Part shown: positions 46,431-56,753 of the stretch, piece by piece
Position numbering within the stretch: the stretch's first letter is position 1
Layout of the letters: every line of letters starts with the position of its first letter
Assembly (NCBI GenBank): GCA_040767085.1
Contig: JAXGPF010000015.1
Coordinates: forward strand, 1-64,000
DNA length: 64,000 nucleotides
Direction of reading: 5' to 3'
Source of the DNA: Kiritimatiellia bacterium
Lineage (GTDB): Bacteria; Verrucomicrobiota; Kiritimatiellia; JAAZAB01
Notes under the pieces: model-generated
Told to the model about the DNA's origin: nothing
The model's database searches: none
Seen by the model: only the letters and a program-made list of their open reading frames with translations
Translations under genes and position numbers: made by a program

Positions 46431-47396
46431 GTGAGTCTGGTAAAGCATCCCGGGAAGATCAGTCTGGGCATGATCGGCATGACGGAGGGCAACGGCCATC
46501 CGTATTCCTGGAGCGCCATCTTCAACGGTTATGACCGGGAGCGCATGACCGCCGAATGCCCTTTTGCCGGCATTCCGGAATATCTCAACAAGGAGCCCCC
46601 GGACACCCTGCCGATCCGGGGCGCGCAGGTGACCCACATTTACTGCAACTGCCGCCGGGACGCCGAACAGGTGGCGCGGTGCGCCCTGATTCCCAACGTG
46701 GTGGATGCGCCGGAGGAACTGATCGGGGCGGTGGATGCCGTGATCATCGCCACCGATATCGGGTCCGAACATGTAGAACGAGCCCGCCCGTTCGTCGAAG
46801 CCGGCCTCCCCCTTTTTATTGACAAGCCGTTATGCGACAATCGCGCCGACCTGGCGCGCTTTCACCGCTGGATTGCCGTTGAAAAACGCCCCATCCTGTC
46901 GTCCAGCTGTATGCGCTATGCCAAGGGGTTCCTGCCATACCGCCTTTCCACCAACGAACTGGGACCGCTGCGTTTCGTTTCGATCACCATGTCCAAGCAA
47001 TGGGAAACTTACGGCATTCACGCTTTGGAGGGCATCTACGCCATCGTGGGTCCGGGATTCGAGACAATCCGCAATACCGGCACCTTTGAACGCAATATCG
47101 TACATATGACCCATCGGCGCGGCATCGATATCGTGATCGCCTGCATCCGGGACGTGCAGTACGGCGGCGCGTTGCGCCTGGCGGGGGTCAAAGGCAACGT
47201 CACCGTGGCGGATGGCGACACCTTTTATGCCTTCAAGGCGCAATTGCAGGCTTACGTCGATTTCCTGCGGACGGGACAATACCCCTTCCCTTTCGCGGAA
47301 ACCGAGGAGTTGATGAAACTGGTGATCGGCGGCAGCGAAAGCCGGGCCAGCGGCGGCCAGCCGATACAACTGGACGATATCGTCCCGGCCGTCTGA
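46431..47396 (+). CDS. Gfo/Idh/MocA family oxidoreductase
   Basis: GMTEGNGHPYSWSAIFNG, VDAVIIA, PLFIDKPL and YGIHALE motifs; AGGAGG before GTG 46431. Confidence 0.8.
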   Translation: MSLVKHPGKISLGMIGMTEGNGHPYSWSAIFNGYDRERMTAECPFAGIPEYLNKEPPDTLPIRGAQVTHIYCNCRRDAEQVARCALIPNVVDAPEELIGAVDAVIIATDIGSEHVERARPFVEAGLPLFIDKPLCDNRADLARFHRWIAVEKRPILSSSCMRYAKGFLPYRLSTNELGPLRFVSITMSKQWETYGIHALEGIYAIVGPGFETIRNTGTFERNIVHMTHRRGIDIVIACIRDVQYGGALRLAGVKGNVTVADGDTFYAFKAQLQAYVDFLRTGQYPFPFAETEELMKLVIGGSESRASGGQPIQLDDIVPAV

Positions 47397-47487
47397 AGCC
47401 GCCGGCAATCGCCGGTATAAAGGCGCGCCGCCGGACGCCTGGCGGAGCAGCAAACCCACCTGGCGCAGCCAGTGGAAAGGAGACGCG

Positions 47488-48276
47488 ATGGATGTGCTGG
47501 AGAGCCTGTCCCTGAAGGGGAAAGTGGCGCTGCTGACCGGCGGCGCCGGATTGTTCGGGCGGCAGATGACTGCCGCGCTGGCGGAAGCCGGCGCGGAAAC
47601 TTACATCGCCGCCCGCGGCCTGGAAGCGTTGGAGCAGGCGGCGGCGGAAGAGCGCGCCCGCGGCTTCAACGTCCACGCGCTGAGACTCGACCTGGCCGAC
47701 GAAACCTCCATCCGCGCCCTGCATGCCGAAATCATGCGGCGCGCCGGACGGATTGACGTGCTGGTCAACAACGCCGTCACCCGGTGCGCGACCGAGGGCT
47801 GGGACCAGCCGCTGGCAGCGTATGATCGAAGCCTGCATATCAACGCCTCGGCCCTCTTCCTGCTAACCAGCTTGTTCGCCGGGGAAATGCAAAAGCAGCG
47901 CGCCGGCTCGATTATCAACATCGCGTCCATGATGGGGATGGTGGGCGTCGAATTCGGCAATTACAAGGGCACCGACATGGGGCGCAACCCCTCGCCCATC
48001 TATTCCTACGAGAAAGGCGGCATGATCAATTTCACGCGCTGGGCCGCCAGCCTGCTGGGGCCGCATAATGTGCGGGTGAATTGCGTGTCGCCCGGGGGGT
48101 TCTGGATGCCGGAACATCCCGCCCGGTTCGTCAAGCAATACAGCGAACGCACCCAGTTGGGCCGCATGGCCAACGAAACGGATTTGAAGGGCATCATCGT
48201 GTTCCTGGGCTCGGACGCCTCAAGCTACATCACCGGGGCCAACATCCCGGTGGATGGCGGCTACACCGCGAAGTAA
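47488..48276 (+). CDS. Short-chain dehydrogenase/reductase
   Basis: TGGAGLFG, LVNNA, YSYEK (YxxxK), VRVNCVSPGG and ITGANIPVDGG motifs. Confidence 0.92.
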   Translation: MDVLESLSLKGKVALLTGGAGLFGRQMTAALAEAGAETYIAARGLEALEQAAAEERARGFNVHALRLDLADETSIRALHAEIMRRAGRIDVLVNNAVTRCATEGWDQPLAAYDRSLHINASALFLLTSLFAGEMQKQRAGSIINIASMMGMVGVEFGNYKGTDMGRNPSPIYSYEKGGMINFTRWAASLLGPHNVRVNCVSPGGFWMPEHPARFVKQYSERTQLGRMANETDLKGIIVFLGSDASSYITGANIPVDGGYTAK

Positions 48277-48320
48277 GCTGCCGTTTTTGCATCCACGCCG
48301 CATCCTTCTGAAAGCCAGAC

Positions 48321-49325
48321 ATGCCAACGCTGCATCAACAGGGCGATTTCGAATACAACCGTTATGACCGCGATTTCTGGCGGCAGGAACTGGATGACTT
48401 TCTGCCGGCGCGTATCTTTGACGCGCATGCGCATTTATGGACGGAAGCCGGGCAGGGCCACCTGCCGCCGCCGGCCCCGGGCGGGCATTTGCGCATGGAA
48501 GTGGATTTGGCGGCATTGCAAGCGTGGTCGGCCCATATGTTTCCTGGCCGCGAATGCCATTATCACCTGCTGGCAACTCCTAACCCCGGCATGGATATCC
48601 CGGCTAACAACGCCTGGCTGAGCCGGCAGGCCGCCGGCGACCCGGCATCCCGCTGCAGCATCGCGGTCGCCCCGCAAATCCCGCCGGAACAACTGGATGC
48701 CATGCTTGCCCGGCACAGTTGCATCGGCGTCAAACCATATCGTTCCTTCGCGGCGGCGCCGGCGGAGGCGCGCATCCGCGATTTCCTGCCGGAAAGCCAG
48801 ATGGAAGTTCTGGACAGCCGCGGCAAGGCGGTAACGCTGCACCTATCGCTTAAACAGGGGCCGGCCGATCCTGCCAACCTGAATGATTTGCGGGCATACA
48901 CCGCGCGCTATCCCCGTATCAGGTGGATTCTGGCGCACTGCGCGCGCGGATTCAACGCCTGCCTGCTGGAGAAATCCATCCACGAACTCAAGCATATCCC
49001 TAACTTGTGGTACGACACATCGGCCGTTAACGACTTGTACGCCCATTACCTGCTTTTAAAACACGAAGACATCCATCGCATCATGTTCGGTTCGGACAAT
49101 GTGCTGGCCGGCTGCGCCCATGGAAAATATATCACTTATGCCCGCGCCTGGCTGATGTACGACGGCCGCGCGCCGCTGGAACACTGCGATGCGCGGCCGG
49201 TGCCGGTGATTTACGAACAATTGCTGCAACAGAAACGCGCCGCGGAAATGCTGGGATTGGCTAAGACTGACATTGAAAAAGTGTTCGCCGGCAATGCTCA
49301 TGCCTTTTTTCAAACCATGGTTTGA
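48321..49325 (+). CDS. Amidohydrolase family protein
   Basis: FDAHAHL, GVKPY, TLHL, ILAHCAR, YDTS and MFGSD motifs. Confidence 0.85.
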   Translation: MPTLHQQGDFEYNRYDRDFWRQELDDFLPARIFDAHAHLWTEAGQGHLPPPAPGGHLRMEVDLAALQAWSAHMFPGRECHYHLLATPNPGMDIPANNAWLSRQAAGDPASRCSIAVAPQIPPEQLDAMLARHSCIGVKPYRSFAAAPAEARIRDFLPESQMEVLDSRGKAVTLHLSLKQGPADPANLNDLRAYTARYPRIRWILAHCARGFNACLLEKSIHELKHIPNLWYDTSAVNDLYAHYLLLKHEDIHRIMFGSDNVLAGCAHGKYITYARAWLMYDGRAPLEHCDARPVPVIYEQLLQQKRAAEMLGLAKTDIEKVFAGNAHAFFQTMV

Positions 49326-49375
49326 ATCCTGCCGGCCAAGCGCCGTTTAACGGCGGAAAACGCGCGGCGGTTCCA

Positions 49376-49636
49376 AAGGGCTGTGTCATTCTCGGCGGCT
49401 CGCTCCCGCGCCAGGCGGGACAAGCCGGAGGTTTACCCCGCTTTGAGCGGGGTCTCGCCCTTCAGCAGATTTCCCAGGTGGGGCGAGCTCTCCGACTCCG
49501 GCTTTGCCGGACGGCTCCGTCGGAGACGTCGCCCTACCTCCAGCAGATTTCCCAGGCAGGGTGAGTTCTCCCTGCGTGCTGCGCTATGCAGGGCAAGCCG
49601 TACCGAGCCGTCTGTTCTGAGAATGACGCAGCCCTG
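49376..49636. mobile_element. 261-bp MITE (inverted relative to 40562-40822) with a 10-bp TSD
   Basis: AAGGGCTGTGTCATTCTC...GAGAATGACGCAGCCCTG; flanks GGCGGTTCCA / GGCGGTTCCG (9/10). Confidence 0.88.
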
Positions 49637-49771
49637 GGCGGTTCCGCAATCGTTCACATAAAAAATTTGACACCGCCCAAAACTTAGGATAAATCTTAAT
49701 AAACGCTTGTCTCCGTTGTCTTGAAATTCAGCGGTCAGCGGAGGGAGTTCTACCAAGGAGTCGCCCGGTTC

Positions 49772-51091
49772 ATGCATGACAAGACATCACAGCGATACCA
49801 GAGTGCCATTGACCTGATCCCCGGCGGCGGCCAACTCTTGAGCAAACGGCCGGAGATATTCGCCCCGGCTCAATGGCCGGCTTATTTTTCCCGCGCCGCC
49901 GGTTGTGAAATATGGGATTTGGATGGCCGGCATTATTACGATTTTTCGCACAACAATGTGGGGGCATGCCTGCTGGGCTACGCCCACCCTGACATCACGC
50001 AGGCGGTAATGCGCGTGATCAAGGACGGCTGCATGTCGTCCCTGAACCCGCCGGAAGAGGTGGAACTGGCCGAACAACTGCTGGCCATCCATCCCTGGGC
50101 GGAAAACGCCCGGTTTACCAGGGCCGGCGGCGAATCCATGGCCGTGGCCGTCCGCATCGCCCGCGCCACCACCGACCGTTCGGCGGTGGCCATCGCCGGC
50201 TACCACGGCTGGCACGACTGGTATCTGGCCGCCAACCTGGGCGATAACGACGCCTTGCGCGGCATGCTGCTGCCCGGGCTTGAACCGCGCGGCGTGCCGC
50301 GCGAATTGCGCGGCACCGCCATACCTTTCGACCACGGCGATCCGGCAGCGTTTGACGCGGTCATGGAAAAACACGGCCGCCGGCTGGCAGCGGTGGTGAT
50401 GGAGCCCTGCCGGCATCATACCCCCCCGCCGGGATACCTGGAACATGTCCGGGCGCGGACACAGGCTTGCGGCGCGCTGCTGATTTTCGATGAAATCACC
50501 ATCGGCTGGCGGATGTATTTCGGCGGCGTGCATATGATGTTGGGAGTCCATCCCGACATCGCCGTCTTCGCCAAGGCCCTGGGCAATGGACATCCCATCG
50601 GCGCCGTCATCGGCACGCGCGCCGCCATGGCCGGGGCGCATTCATCCTTCATCAGCAGCACTTTCTGGACTGAGCGGGTCGGCCCGGCGGCGGCCCTGGC
50701 CGTCCTGCGGCAAATGCGGGAAACCGATGTGCCCGCCCATGTCAGCCGCATAGGCAAAGCCGTGCAGGAAATATGGCGCCAGGCCGCGCGCAAACACGGC
50801 GTGCCGGCCTCAGCGCCGGACGCTTTCGCCTGCCTGGCCCAGTTGACATTTGAAAACGATCCAAATAACATCATGCGCACATTATTTACTCAGGAGATGC
50901 TGGCGCAGGGATTCCTGGCCGGCGCCGCATTTTATCCCACCATGGCGCACACGCCGGAACTGGTAGATAAATATGCCGCCGCCATTGACGCGGTTTTCGG
51001 AAAACTGGCGGCATACCAGGCCGCAGGCCACCCGGAAAAATTCCTCCACGGGCCGCCGGCCCATGGCGGATTCAAACGGCTGGTAAAATAA
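49772..51091 (+). CDS. Class III aminotransferase (glutamate-1-semialdehyde aminomutase-like)
   Basis: IPGGGQLLSKRPE, WDLDGRHYYD, GYHGWHDW, LIFDEITIGWR and FAKALGNGHPI motifs. Start set at ATG 49772. Confidence 0.85.
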   Translation: MHDKTSQRYQSAIDLIPGGGQLLSKRPEIFAPAQWPAYFSRAAGCEIWDLDGRHYYDFSHNNVGACLLGYAHPDITQAVMRVIKDGCMSSLNPPEEVELAEQLLAIHPWAENARFTRAGGESMAVAVRIARATTDRSAVAIAGYHGWHDWYLAANLGDNDALRGMLLPGLEPRGVPRELRGTAIPFDHGDPAAFDAVMEKHGRRLAAVVMEPCRHHTPPPGYLEHVRARTQACGALLIFDEITIGWRMYFGGVHMMLGVHPDIAVFAKALGNGHPIGAVIGTRAAMAGAHSSFISSTFWTERVGPAAALAVLRQMRETDVPAHVSRIGKAVQEIWRQAARKHGVPASAPDAFACLAQLTFENDPNNIMRTLFTQEMLAQGFLAGAAFYPTMAHTPELVDKYAAAIDAVFGKLAAYQAAGHPEKFLHGPPAHGGFKRLVK

Positions 51092-51108
51092 AAATTGGAA
51101 AGGATTAT

Positions 51109-52017
51109 ATGCAACCAACATTAGCAGTCATGGCGGCCGGCGTCGGCAGCCGTTTCGGGGGATTGAAACAGATCGAACCGGTCGGGCCGTCCGGCGAAAT
51201 CATGCTGGATTATTCGGTGTTTGACGCCATCCGCGCCGGATTCGGCAAGGTGGTCTTCATCATCCGGCGCGATATTGAAAAAGATTTCAAGGAGGCCATC
51301 GGGGCGCATTTCACCGGCAGGATCGAGATTGGCTATGTTTTCCAGGAAAAAGACGCCTGCCTGCCGCCCGGGTATGCCGTGCCGGACGACCGCCGGAAAC
51401 CCTGGGGCACAGGGCACGCGATCCTATGCTGCCGGGATGATGTGCGCGAACCGTTCGGCGTGATCAATGCCGACGATTTTTACGGCCGGGACTCCTACCG
51501 CGTCCTGGCGGAATACCTGTCGCGCAAGACGGTGGAAAGCACCGATTACGCCATGGTCGGATTCGCCCTGGCCAACACGCTTTCCGACCATGGGCACGTC
51601 ACCCGCGGCATTTGCGAAGTGGACGCGAACCGCATGCTGCGCAGCGTCAAGGAACGATTCAAAATTGAAAAAACGCCCGCCGGCGCCCGGTACGAGGACG
51701 AACACGGGCAATGGCATCACTTGCGCGGCGGCGAGATCGCTTCCATGAACATGTTCGGCTTCACCCCCGCTCTGTTCCCGGAGTTGGAGCGCAAACTGCC
51801 GGATTTTCTGGCAGGCGCCCGCGCCAATCCCAAGGCGGAATTCCTGATGCCGGCCATCGCCGACGAACTGATCCGGGAAAAGCGCGCCACCCTGCAGGTG
51901 CTGGAAACATCCGAAAAATGGTTTGGCGTGACTTACAAGGAAGACAAGCCCGTGGTGGCCGCCGGCATCCGGCAATTGATCGCCCGGGGACATTATCCGG
52001 CGCGGTTATGGCAATAA
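51109..52017 (+). CDS. Sugar-phosphate nucleotidyltransferase-like protein
   Basis: MAAGVGSRFGGLKQ, KPWGTGHA, INADDFYG and WFGVTYKED motifs. Confidence 0.88.
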   Translation: MQPTLAVMAAGVGSRFGGLKQIEPVGPSGEIMLDYSVFDAIRAGFGKVVFIIRRDIEKDFKEAIGAHFTGRIEIGYVFQEKDACLPPGYAVPDDRRKPWGTGHAILCCRDDVREPFGVINADDFYGRDSYRVLAEYLSRKTVESTDYAMVGFALANTLSDHGHVTRGICEVDANRMLRSVKERFKIEKTPAGARYEDEHGQWHHLRGGEIASMNMFGFTPALFPELERKLPDFLAGARANPKAEFLMPAIADELIREKRATLQVLETSEKWFGVTYKEDKPVVAAGIRQLIARGHYPARLWQ

Positions 52018-52120
52018 GCGCCGGCACTCTATCGCTCCGGCCCGGCTGGAAGCCGCCGGCCGACCCGGCGCTTTTCAACCCCAGGCCAGCGCCCGCCGGG
52101 CGCCAGGGAAACTGACGGAA

Positions 52121-53749
52121 ATGAACTGGCTGGACTGGATGGTAGTGGCCGGGTACATGCTCGGCATGTTGGCCATGTCGGCCTGGCTGGGCCGGCGCCA
52201 ACGCGATGCCCGGGATTATTATGTCGGCGGCTACCGCATCGGCACGCTGGCCATTGCTTTGTCAACAATGGCCACGCAATGTTCCACCAACAGCCTCCTG
52301 GGCGCCCCGGCCTTCGTCATCGCCGTGGGCGGCTTGCTCTGGCTGCAGTATGAACTGGCCGTGCCCCTGGCCATGATCGCCTGCATGCTGTTCCTCCTGC
52401 CGTTTTTCCGCCAGCAGCGGGTGGTCTCCGTTTATGAATACCTGGAACGCCGGTTCGGCCCCGCCAGCCGCACCCTGCTCTCGCTGCTGTTCCAGTTTTT
52501 ACGGGCGTTTTCCACGGGGGTGACGGTGTACGGCATTTCGCTGGTGATCGCCAGCCTCACCGGCCTGCCCTTCTGGGGCGCGGTGCTGTTGATCGGCGGC
52601 ATCACCATCGTCTATGATTTCCTGGGCGGCATCCGCGCCGTGATTTTCTCGGATGTGCTGCAAATGGCGGTCCTCTATGCCGGTATCGCCGTCTGCCTGT
52701 TTTACGCCGTCAACCGCACCGGCGGCTGGGCCGAAGTGCTGCGCCTCTTCCCCACCGCGCAGGCGCGGACGCTTGATTTTTCAGGATGGGGTCTGTCCGA
52801 TGGGCGCAACTTTGCCTTCTGGCCGATGTTGCTCGGCGGCTTTTTTCTGTATTTGAGTTACTACGGCTGCGACCAGACCCAGGTGCAGCGCGAACTTTCC
52901 GCGCGGGATGTGGATGCCGCCAACATGTCCTTGTTCCTGAACGGCATCCTGCGTTTCCCGTTGGTGCTGACCTATTGCCTGCTGGGAGTAGCCATCGGCG
53001 CTTACGCCGTCCGGCACCCGGAATTCACAGCACTGCTGACCCATCCCGCCACCGGCGCCGCGGACTACAACCTGGCCGTGCCGGCGTTTTGCGTGCGTTA
53101 TCTGCCCCACGGCGTGATCGGCCTGGTCATGGTGGCGCTATTCGCCGCGGCCATGTCATCCCTGGACTCCACGATCAATTCCCTCTCCGCTGTGACCATG
53201 CGGGATATTATCGAACGCTTCCTGCTCCGAAGCAGCCTGGCCGGCCGCCGGCAAATAATCTGGGCCCGGCTGACCACCGTCTTCTGGGGCGTGCTCTGCA
53301 TGGCCTTCGCATTCGTCGTGGGGGATATCTCCGTCTCCATCATTGAATCCATTAACAAAATCGGTTCGCTGGTCAATGGGCCCATCCTGGGAACTTTTTT
53401 GCTCGCAACACTCACCCGCCGCACCAATGACGGGGGCGCGGTCATCGGCATCGCAGCCGGGTTCGCCGGCAATTGCCTGACGTGGATGTTTCTGCCAGGA
53501 GTATCCTGGCTCTGGTGGAATGTCAGCGGCTGCCTGCTGACTTGCGCGGCGGGGTATGGCGGCAGCCGTTTCTTCCAATCGCGGCGAACGCCCGCCGCCA
53601 TAGCGCAACTGGTCTTCCAGCGCGACCGGCGCCGGCAATTCAACTACCGCCGGCATTGGGGCCATTACCAGTTGGCGTTGCTGTTATACTTCCTGCTGAT
53701 GCTGGCGGCGCTGCGAGGCATTGAGCTGCTTTTCCGCGCGGGCGCGTAA
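52121..53749 (+). CDS. Sodium:solute symporter (SSS) family transporter
   Basis: SVYEYLERRFG, GGIRAVIFSDVLQ, DQTQVQR and AAAMSSLDSTINSLS motifs. Confidence 0.9.
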   Translation: MNWLDWMVVAGYMLGMLAMSAWLGRRQRDARDYYVGGYRIGTLAIALSTMATQCSTNSLLGAPAFVIAVGGLLWLQYELAVPLAMIACMLFLLPFFRQQRVVSVYEYLERRFGPASRTLLSLLFQFLRAFSTGVTVYGISLVIASLTGLPFWGAVLLIGGITIVYDFLGGIRAVIFSDVLQMAVLYAGIAVCLFYAVNRTGGWAEVLRLFPTAQARTLDFSGWGLSDGRNFAFWPMLLGGFFLYLSYYGCDQTQVQRELSARDVDAANMSLFLNGILRFPLVLTYCLLGVAIGAYAVRHPEFTALLTHPATGAADYNLAVPAFCVRYLPHGVIGLVMVALFAAAMSSLDSTINSLSAVTMRDIIERFLLRSSLAGRRQIIWARLTTVFWGVLCMAFAFVVGDISVSIIESINKIGSLVNGPILGTFLLATLTRRTNDGGAVIGIAAGFAGNCLTWMFLPGVSWLWWNVSGCLLTCAAGYGGSRFFQSRRTPAAIAQLVFQRDRRRQFNYRRHWGHYQLALLLYFLLMLAALRGIELLFRAGA

Positions 53750-53759
53750 CGCCGGCAGT

Positions 53760-54704
53760 TCAGCCGGCCAGTTCCGCGGCCGCGCGTTCCAGCGAGGGCG
53801 CATCCTGGACATTGACCAGGGCGGCGCCTGCCGCGATGCGCTTGATCAGGCCGGATAATACGCGGCCGGGGCCGCACTCGACGTACCGCTGCGCGCCGGT
53901 TTGTTCCAGCGACTGGACGCAGGCGATCCAATTGACCGGCGAAGTCACCTGGCGCACCATCAGCCGCCGGATTTCATCCGGCGCGCCATGCGCGCGGCCG
54001 GTGACATTGGACATCACCGGCTCCGCCGGCTCCTGCAGGGGCACGCTTTCCAGCAAACGGGCGAGTTTTTCCGCCGCCGGCTGCATCAGCGAGGAATGGT
54101 AGGCGCCGGCGACGCTCAAAGGCACCACGCGCTTGGCGCCGGCATCTTTGGCCATTTTTTCCGCCGCCGGCAGAGCGGCGCGCCGGCCCGAAAGCACGGT
54201 CTGACCGGGCGAGTTGTAGTTGGCCACTTCCACCCCGGCGGCGGCGGCGATTTCGACTACGCGGCCGGCCTCCAAGCCGATCACGCTCAGCATGCCGCCG
54301 GCCTGGGCTTCGCAGGCCTCCTGCATGAACCGGCCGCGGGCTTCGAGGATTTTCAATCCATCTTCATACCGGACCGCGCCGGCCAGGTGCAGGGCCGTCC
54401 ATTCCCCCAGGCTTAGGCCGGCCAGTCCCGCGGGCCGGCCCGCGCCGTCCGGCAGGCGGGCGCGCAGGGCGGCGGCGCAAACCGCGGTAACGGCGAAAAT
54501 CGCCGGCTGGCAGATATTGGATTTAATCAATTCCGCTTCCGGCCCTTCGAAACACAAGCGCGCCAGGTCAAAACCCAGCACCGCGTTGGCCTGTTCGAAC
54601 ATGGCGCGGCAGGCAGGCAAAGTTTCAGCCAGGTCGCGCCCCATGCCCACGAACTGGGCGCCCTGCCCCGCGCAGACCCAGGCTGTTCGATTCGATTCCG
54701 CCAT
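53760..54704 (-). CDS. fabD: Malonyl-CoA:ACP transacylase
   Basis: GQGAQFVGMG, QPAI, GLSLGE, NSPGQTVLSG and VAGAYHS motifs. Confidence 0.95.
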   Translation of the reverse strand: MAESNRTAWVCAGQGAQFVGMGRDLAETLPACRAMFEQANAVLGFDLARLCFEGPEAELIKSNICQPAIFAVTAVCAAALRARLPDGAGRPAGLAGLSLGEWTALHLAGAVRYEDGLKILEARGRFMQEACEAQAGGMLSVIGLEAGRVVEIAAAAGVEVANYNSPGQTVLSGRRAALPAAEKMAKDAGAKRVVPLSVAGAYHSSLMQPAAEKLARLLESVPLQEPAEPVMSNVTGRAHGAPDEIRRLMVRQVTSPVNWIACVQSLEQTGAQRYVECGPGRVLSGLIKRIAAGAALVNVQDAPSLERAAAELAG

Positions 54705-54722
54705 CGCCCCGCCCTCCCCTTT

Positions 54723-55739
54723 TTACCATTCCAGCACTGAGGCCGCCCAGGTAAATCCGCCGCCGAACGCTATCAGCAGCACCAGGTCGCCCCGGCGGAT
54801 GCGTCCCGCGCGCACGGCCTCATCCAGCGCCACCGGCACAGAGGCGGCGGACATATTGCCGCAATGCTCCAGGTTGACATAGTATTTCTCCTGCGGCGCG
54901 CCCAATCGCTGGCCGATGGCCTGAATGATCCGCAGGTTGGCCTGGTGCGGGATGATACAGGCAATCTCGTCAATGCTGACGCCGCTGCGCTGCAGCGCCT
55001 CCTGCGAAGCGTTGAGCATGGAACTGACGGCGTGCTTGAAAACTTCCCGTCCGGCCATTTTGATGTAATGCAGGCGGTCGCGCAAGGTCTCCGGAGAGGC
55101 CGGGTTACGGCTGCCGCCGGCCGGCATGTTCAGCAGTTCGGAGAGATTGCCGTCGGTGGCCATCACGGTGGACATGATGCCCCGCGCGCCGGGACGCGCC
55201 TGCAGGATCGCCGCCCCGGCGCCGTCGCCGAAGAGCACACAGGTGGAGCGGTCTTCCCAGTCGGTGATGGAACTGAGTTTCTCAGCGCCGATGACCATGA
55301 CGTTACGGTAGCCGCCGGTTTGAATGAACCGGCGCCCGGTTTCCATGGCGAAAATGAAACCGGAACAGGCGGCTACGAGGTCGAAGCATACCGCGCGTTC
55401 CGCACCGATCGCTTTCTGGACATAGCAGGCAGTGCTGGGGAAAAACATGTCCGGGGTGATCGTACCCACGAGAATCAGGTCCAAATCCCGGGCGGACAAC
55501 CCGGCTTGCTGCAGGGCGCGCAAGGCGGCCTGCGCCGCCATGTCGGAAGTGGCCTGGCCGGCAGCGGCGATGTGGCGTTCCCGGATGCCGGTGCGGGTGG
55601 TGATCCATTCGTCGGAAGTATCCACCATCTTTGCTAGATCGGCGTTGGTCAGGATTTTTTCCGGCAGATACGACCCGGTGGCCACCAAGGCCACCGCGGG
55701 AAGGTCGCGCCCGCCGTTGTTGTCTGCTTTATGATGCAT
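54723..55739 (-). CDS. fabH: Beta-ketoacyl-ACP synthase III
   Basis: DTSDEWITTRTGIRER, AACSGF, PHQANLRI, GNMSAAS and FGGGFTW motifs. Confidence 0.96.
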   Translation of the reverse strand: MHHKADNNGGRDLPAVALVATGSYLPEKILTNADLAKMVDTSDEWITTRTGIRERHIAAAGQATSDMAAQAALRALQQAGLSARDLDLILVGTITPDMFFPSTACYVQKAIGAERAVCFDLVAACSGFIFAMETGRRFIQTGGYRNVMVIGAEKLSSITDWEDRSTCVLFGDGAGAAILQARPGARGIMSTVMATDGNLSELLNMPAGGSRNPASPETLRDRLHYIKMAGREVFKHAVSSMLNASQEALQRSGVSIDEIACIIPHQANLRIIQAIGQRLGAPQEKYYVNLEHCGNMSAASVPVALDEAVRAGRIRRGDLVLLIAFGGGFTWAASVLEW

Positions 55740-56739
55740 GGCCTTCTCCCACAGCCCGGATGATATGTTCGTTCAAATTGAGTTTCACCGAATCGCACGC
55801 CACGCGGATCGCATGAAAGATGGCGCAGGGCGAGGAGGCGCCGTGAGAGATGATGCAGACGCCATTGACGCCCAGCAGCGGCGCGCCGCCGTACATTTCC
55901 GGGTTCATGTTGGCGCGCAGGGCGCGCAAGGCGCCGCTGAGCAGCGCCGCGCCGGCCAGGCGCACGGGATTGCGGCGGAATTCCTGCTTGATCCAATGCC
56001 CCACGGCATGCGCCACGCTTTCACTGGTCTTGAGAATGACGTTGCCGACGAAACCGTCGCAAACGGCCACATCGATCTCGCCTTCAAACAGATCGTGCCC
56101 TTCAATGTTCCCGCGGAAATTCATCAGCGGCGCTTCGTGCAGCAGCTTGAAGGCTTCCTTGGTAGTTTCGTTGCCCTTGCTGTCCTCGGTGCCAACGCTC
56201 ATCAGGCCGACCAGCGGGTTGGCGCTCCGGAGAATTTCCCGGGCGTAGAGTGTGCCCATGACCGCAAATTGCACGAGCATGCGCGCCGTGCAATCGGTAT
56301 TGGCGCCGGCGTCAATGAGGACAAAGGGTTTGCGCGGTGTGGGCATCACCGTGGCGATGGCCGGGCGGTCGATCCCGGCCAGGGTGCGCAACTTCAAGGT
56401 GGCGGAGGCGACGACCGCGCCGGTGTTGCCGGCGGAAATCATGCCTTGCACCGCGCCGGACTTGACGAGATCGATCGCGCGGTTGATGGATGAATCCTTC
56501 TTGCGCCGCACCGCCTGAACCGGCGTTTCCTCCATACCGATCACCTCGGCACAGTGGTAAATTTCCACCGACCCGGGAACAGCCCCGCGCTGGACGGCCA
56601 ATTCCCGGCGGATGGCGGTTTCATCGCCGACCAGCACCAGGCGTTCGATCCCCTGCAAACGCCGGGCGGCATCCACAGCGCCGGCGACCACGGCGGACGG
56701 GGCAAAATCGCCTCCCATGGCATCAACGGCAATTTTCAT
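55729..56739 (-). CDS. plsX: Phosphate acyltransferase PlsX
   Basis: MKIAVDAMGGD, SAGNTGA, IDRPAI, DGFVGN and GGAPLLGVNG motifs. Confidence 0.96.
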   Translation of the reverse strand: MKIAVDAMGGDFAPSAVVAGAVDAARRLQGIERLVLVGDETAIRRELAVQRGAVPGSVEIYHCAEVIGMEETPVQAVRRKKDSSINRAIDLVKSGAVQGMISAGNTGAVVASATLKLRTLAGIDRPAIATVMPTPRKPFVLIDAGANTDCTARMLVQFAVMGTLYAREILRSANPLVGLMSVGTEDSKGNETTKEAFKLLHEAPLMNFRGNIEGHDLFEGEIDVAVCDGFVGNVILKTSESVAHAVGHWIKQEFRRNPVRLAGAALLSGALRALRANMNPEMYGGAPLLGVNGVCIISHGASSPCAIFHAIRVACDSVKLNLNEHIIRAVGEGHAS

Positions 56740-56753
56740 CGGGCAAGCCTTGG

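Noticed and set aside
40562-49636. Composite transposon bounded by the two MITEs
   Set aside because: Each copy has its own distinct target duplication, which indicates independent insertions.
49772-51091. hemL (tetrapyrrole synthesis)
   Set aside because: It lacks the PGGVNSP signature of HemL and has no hem gene neighbours.
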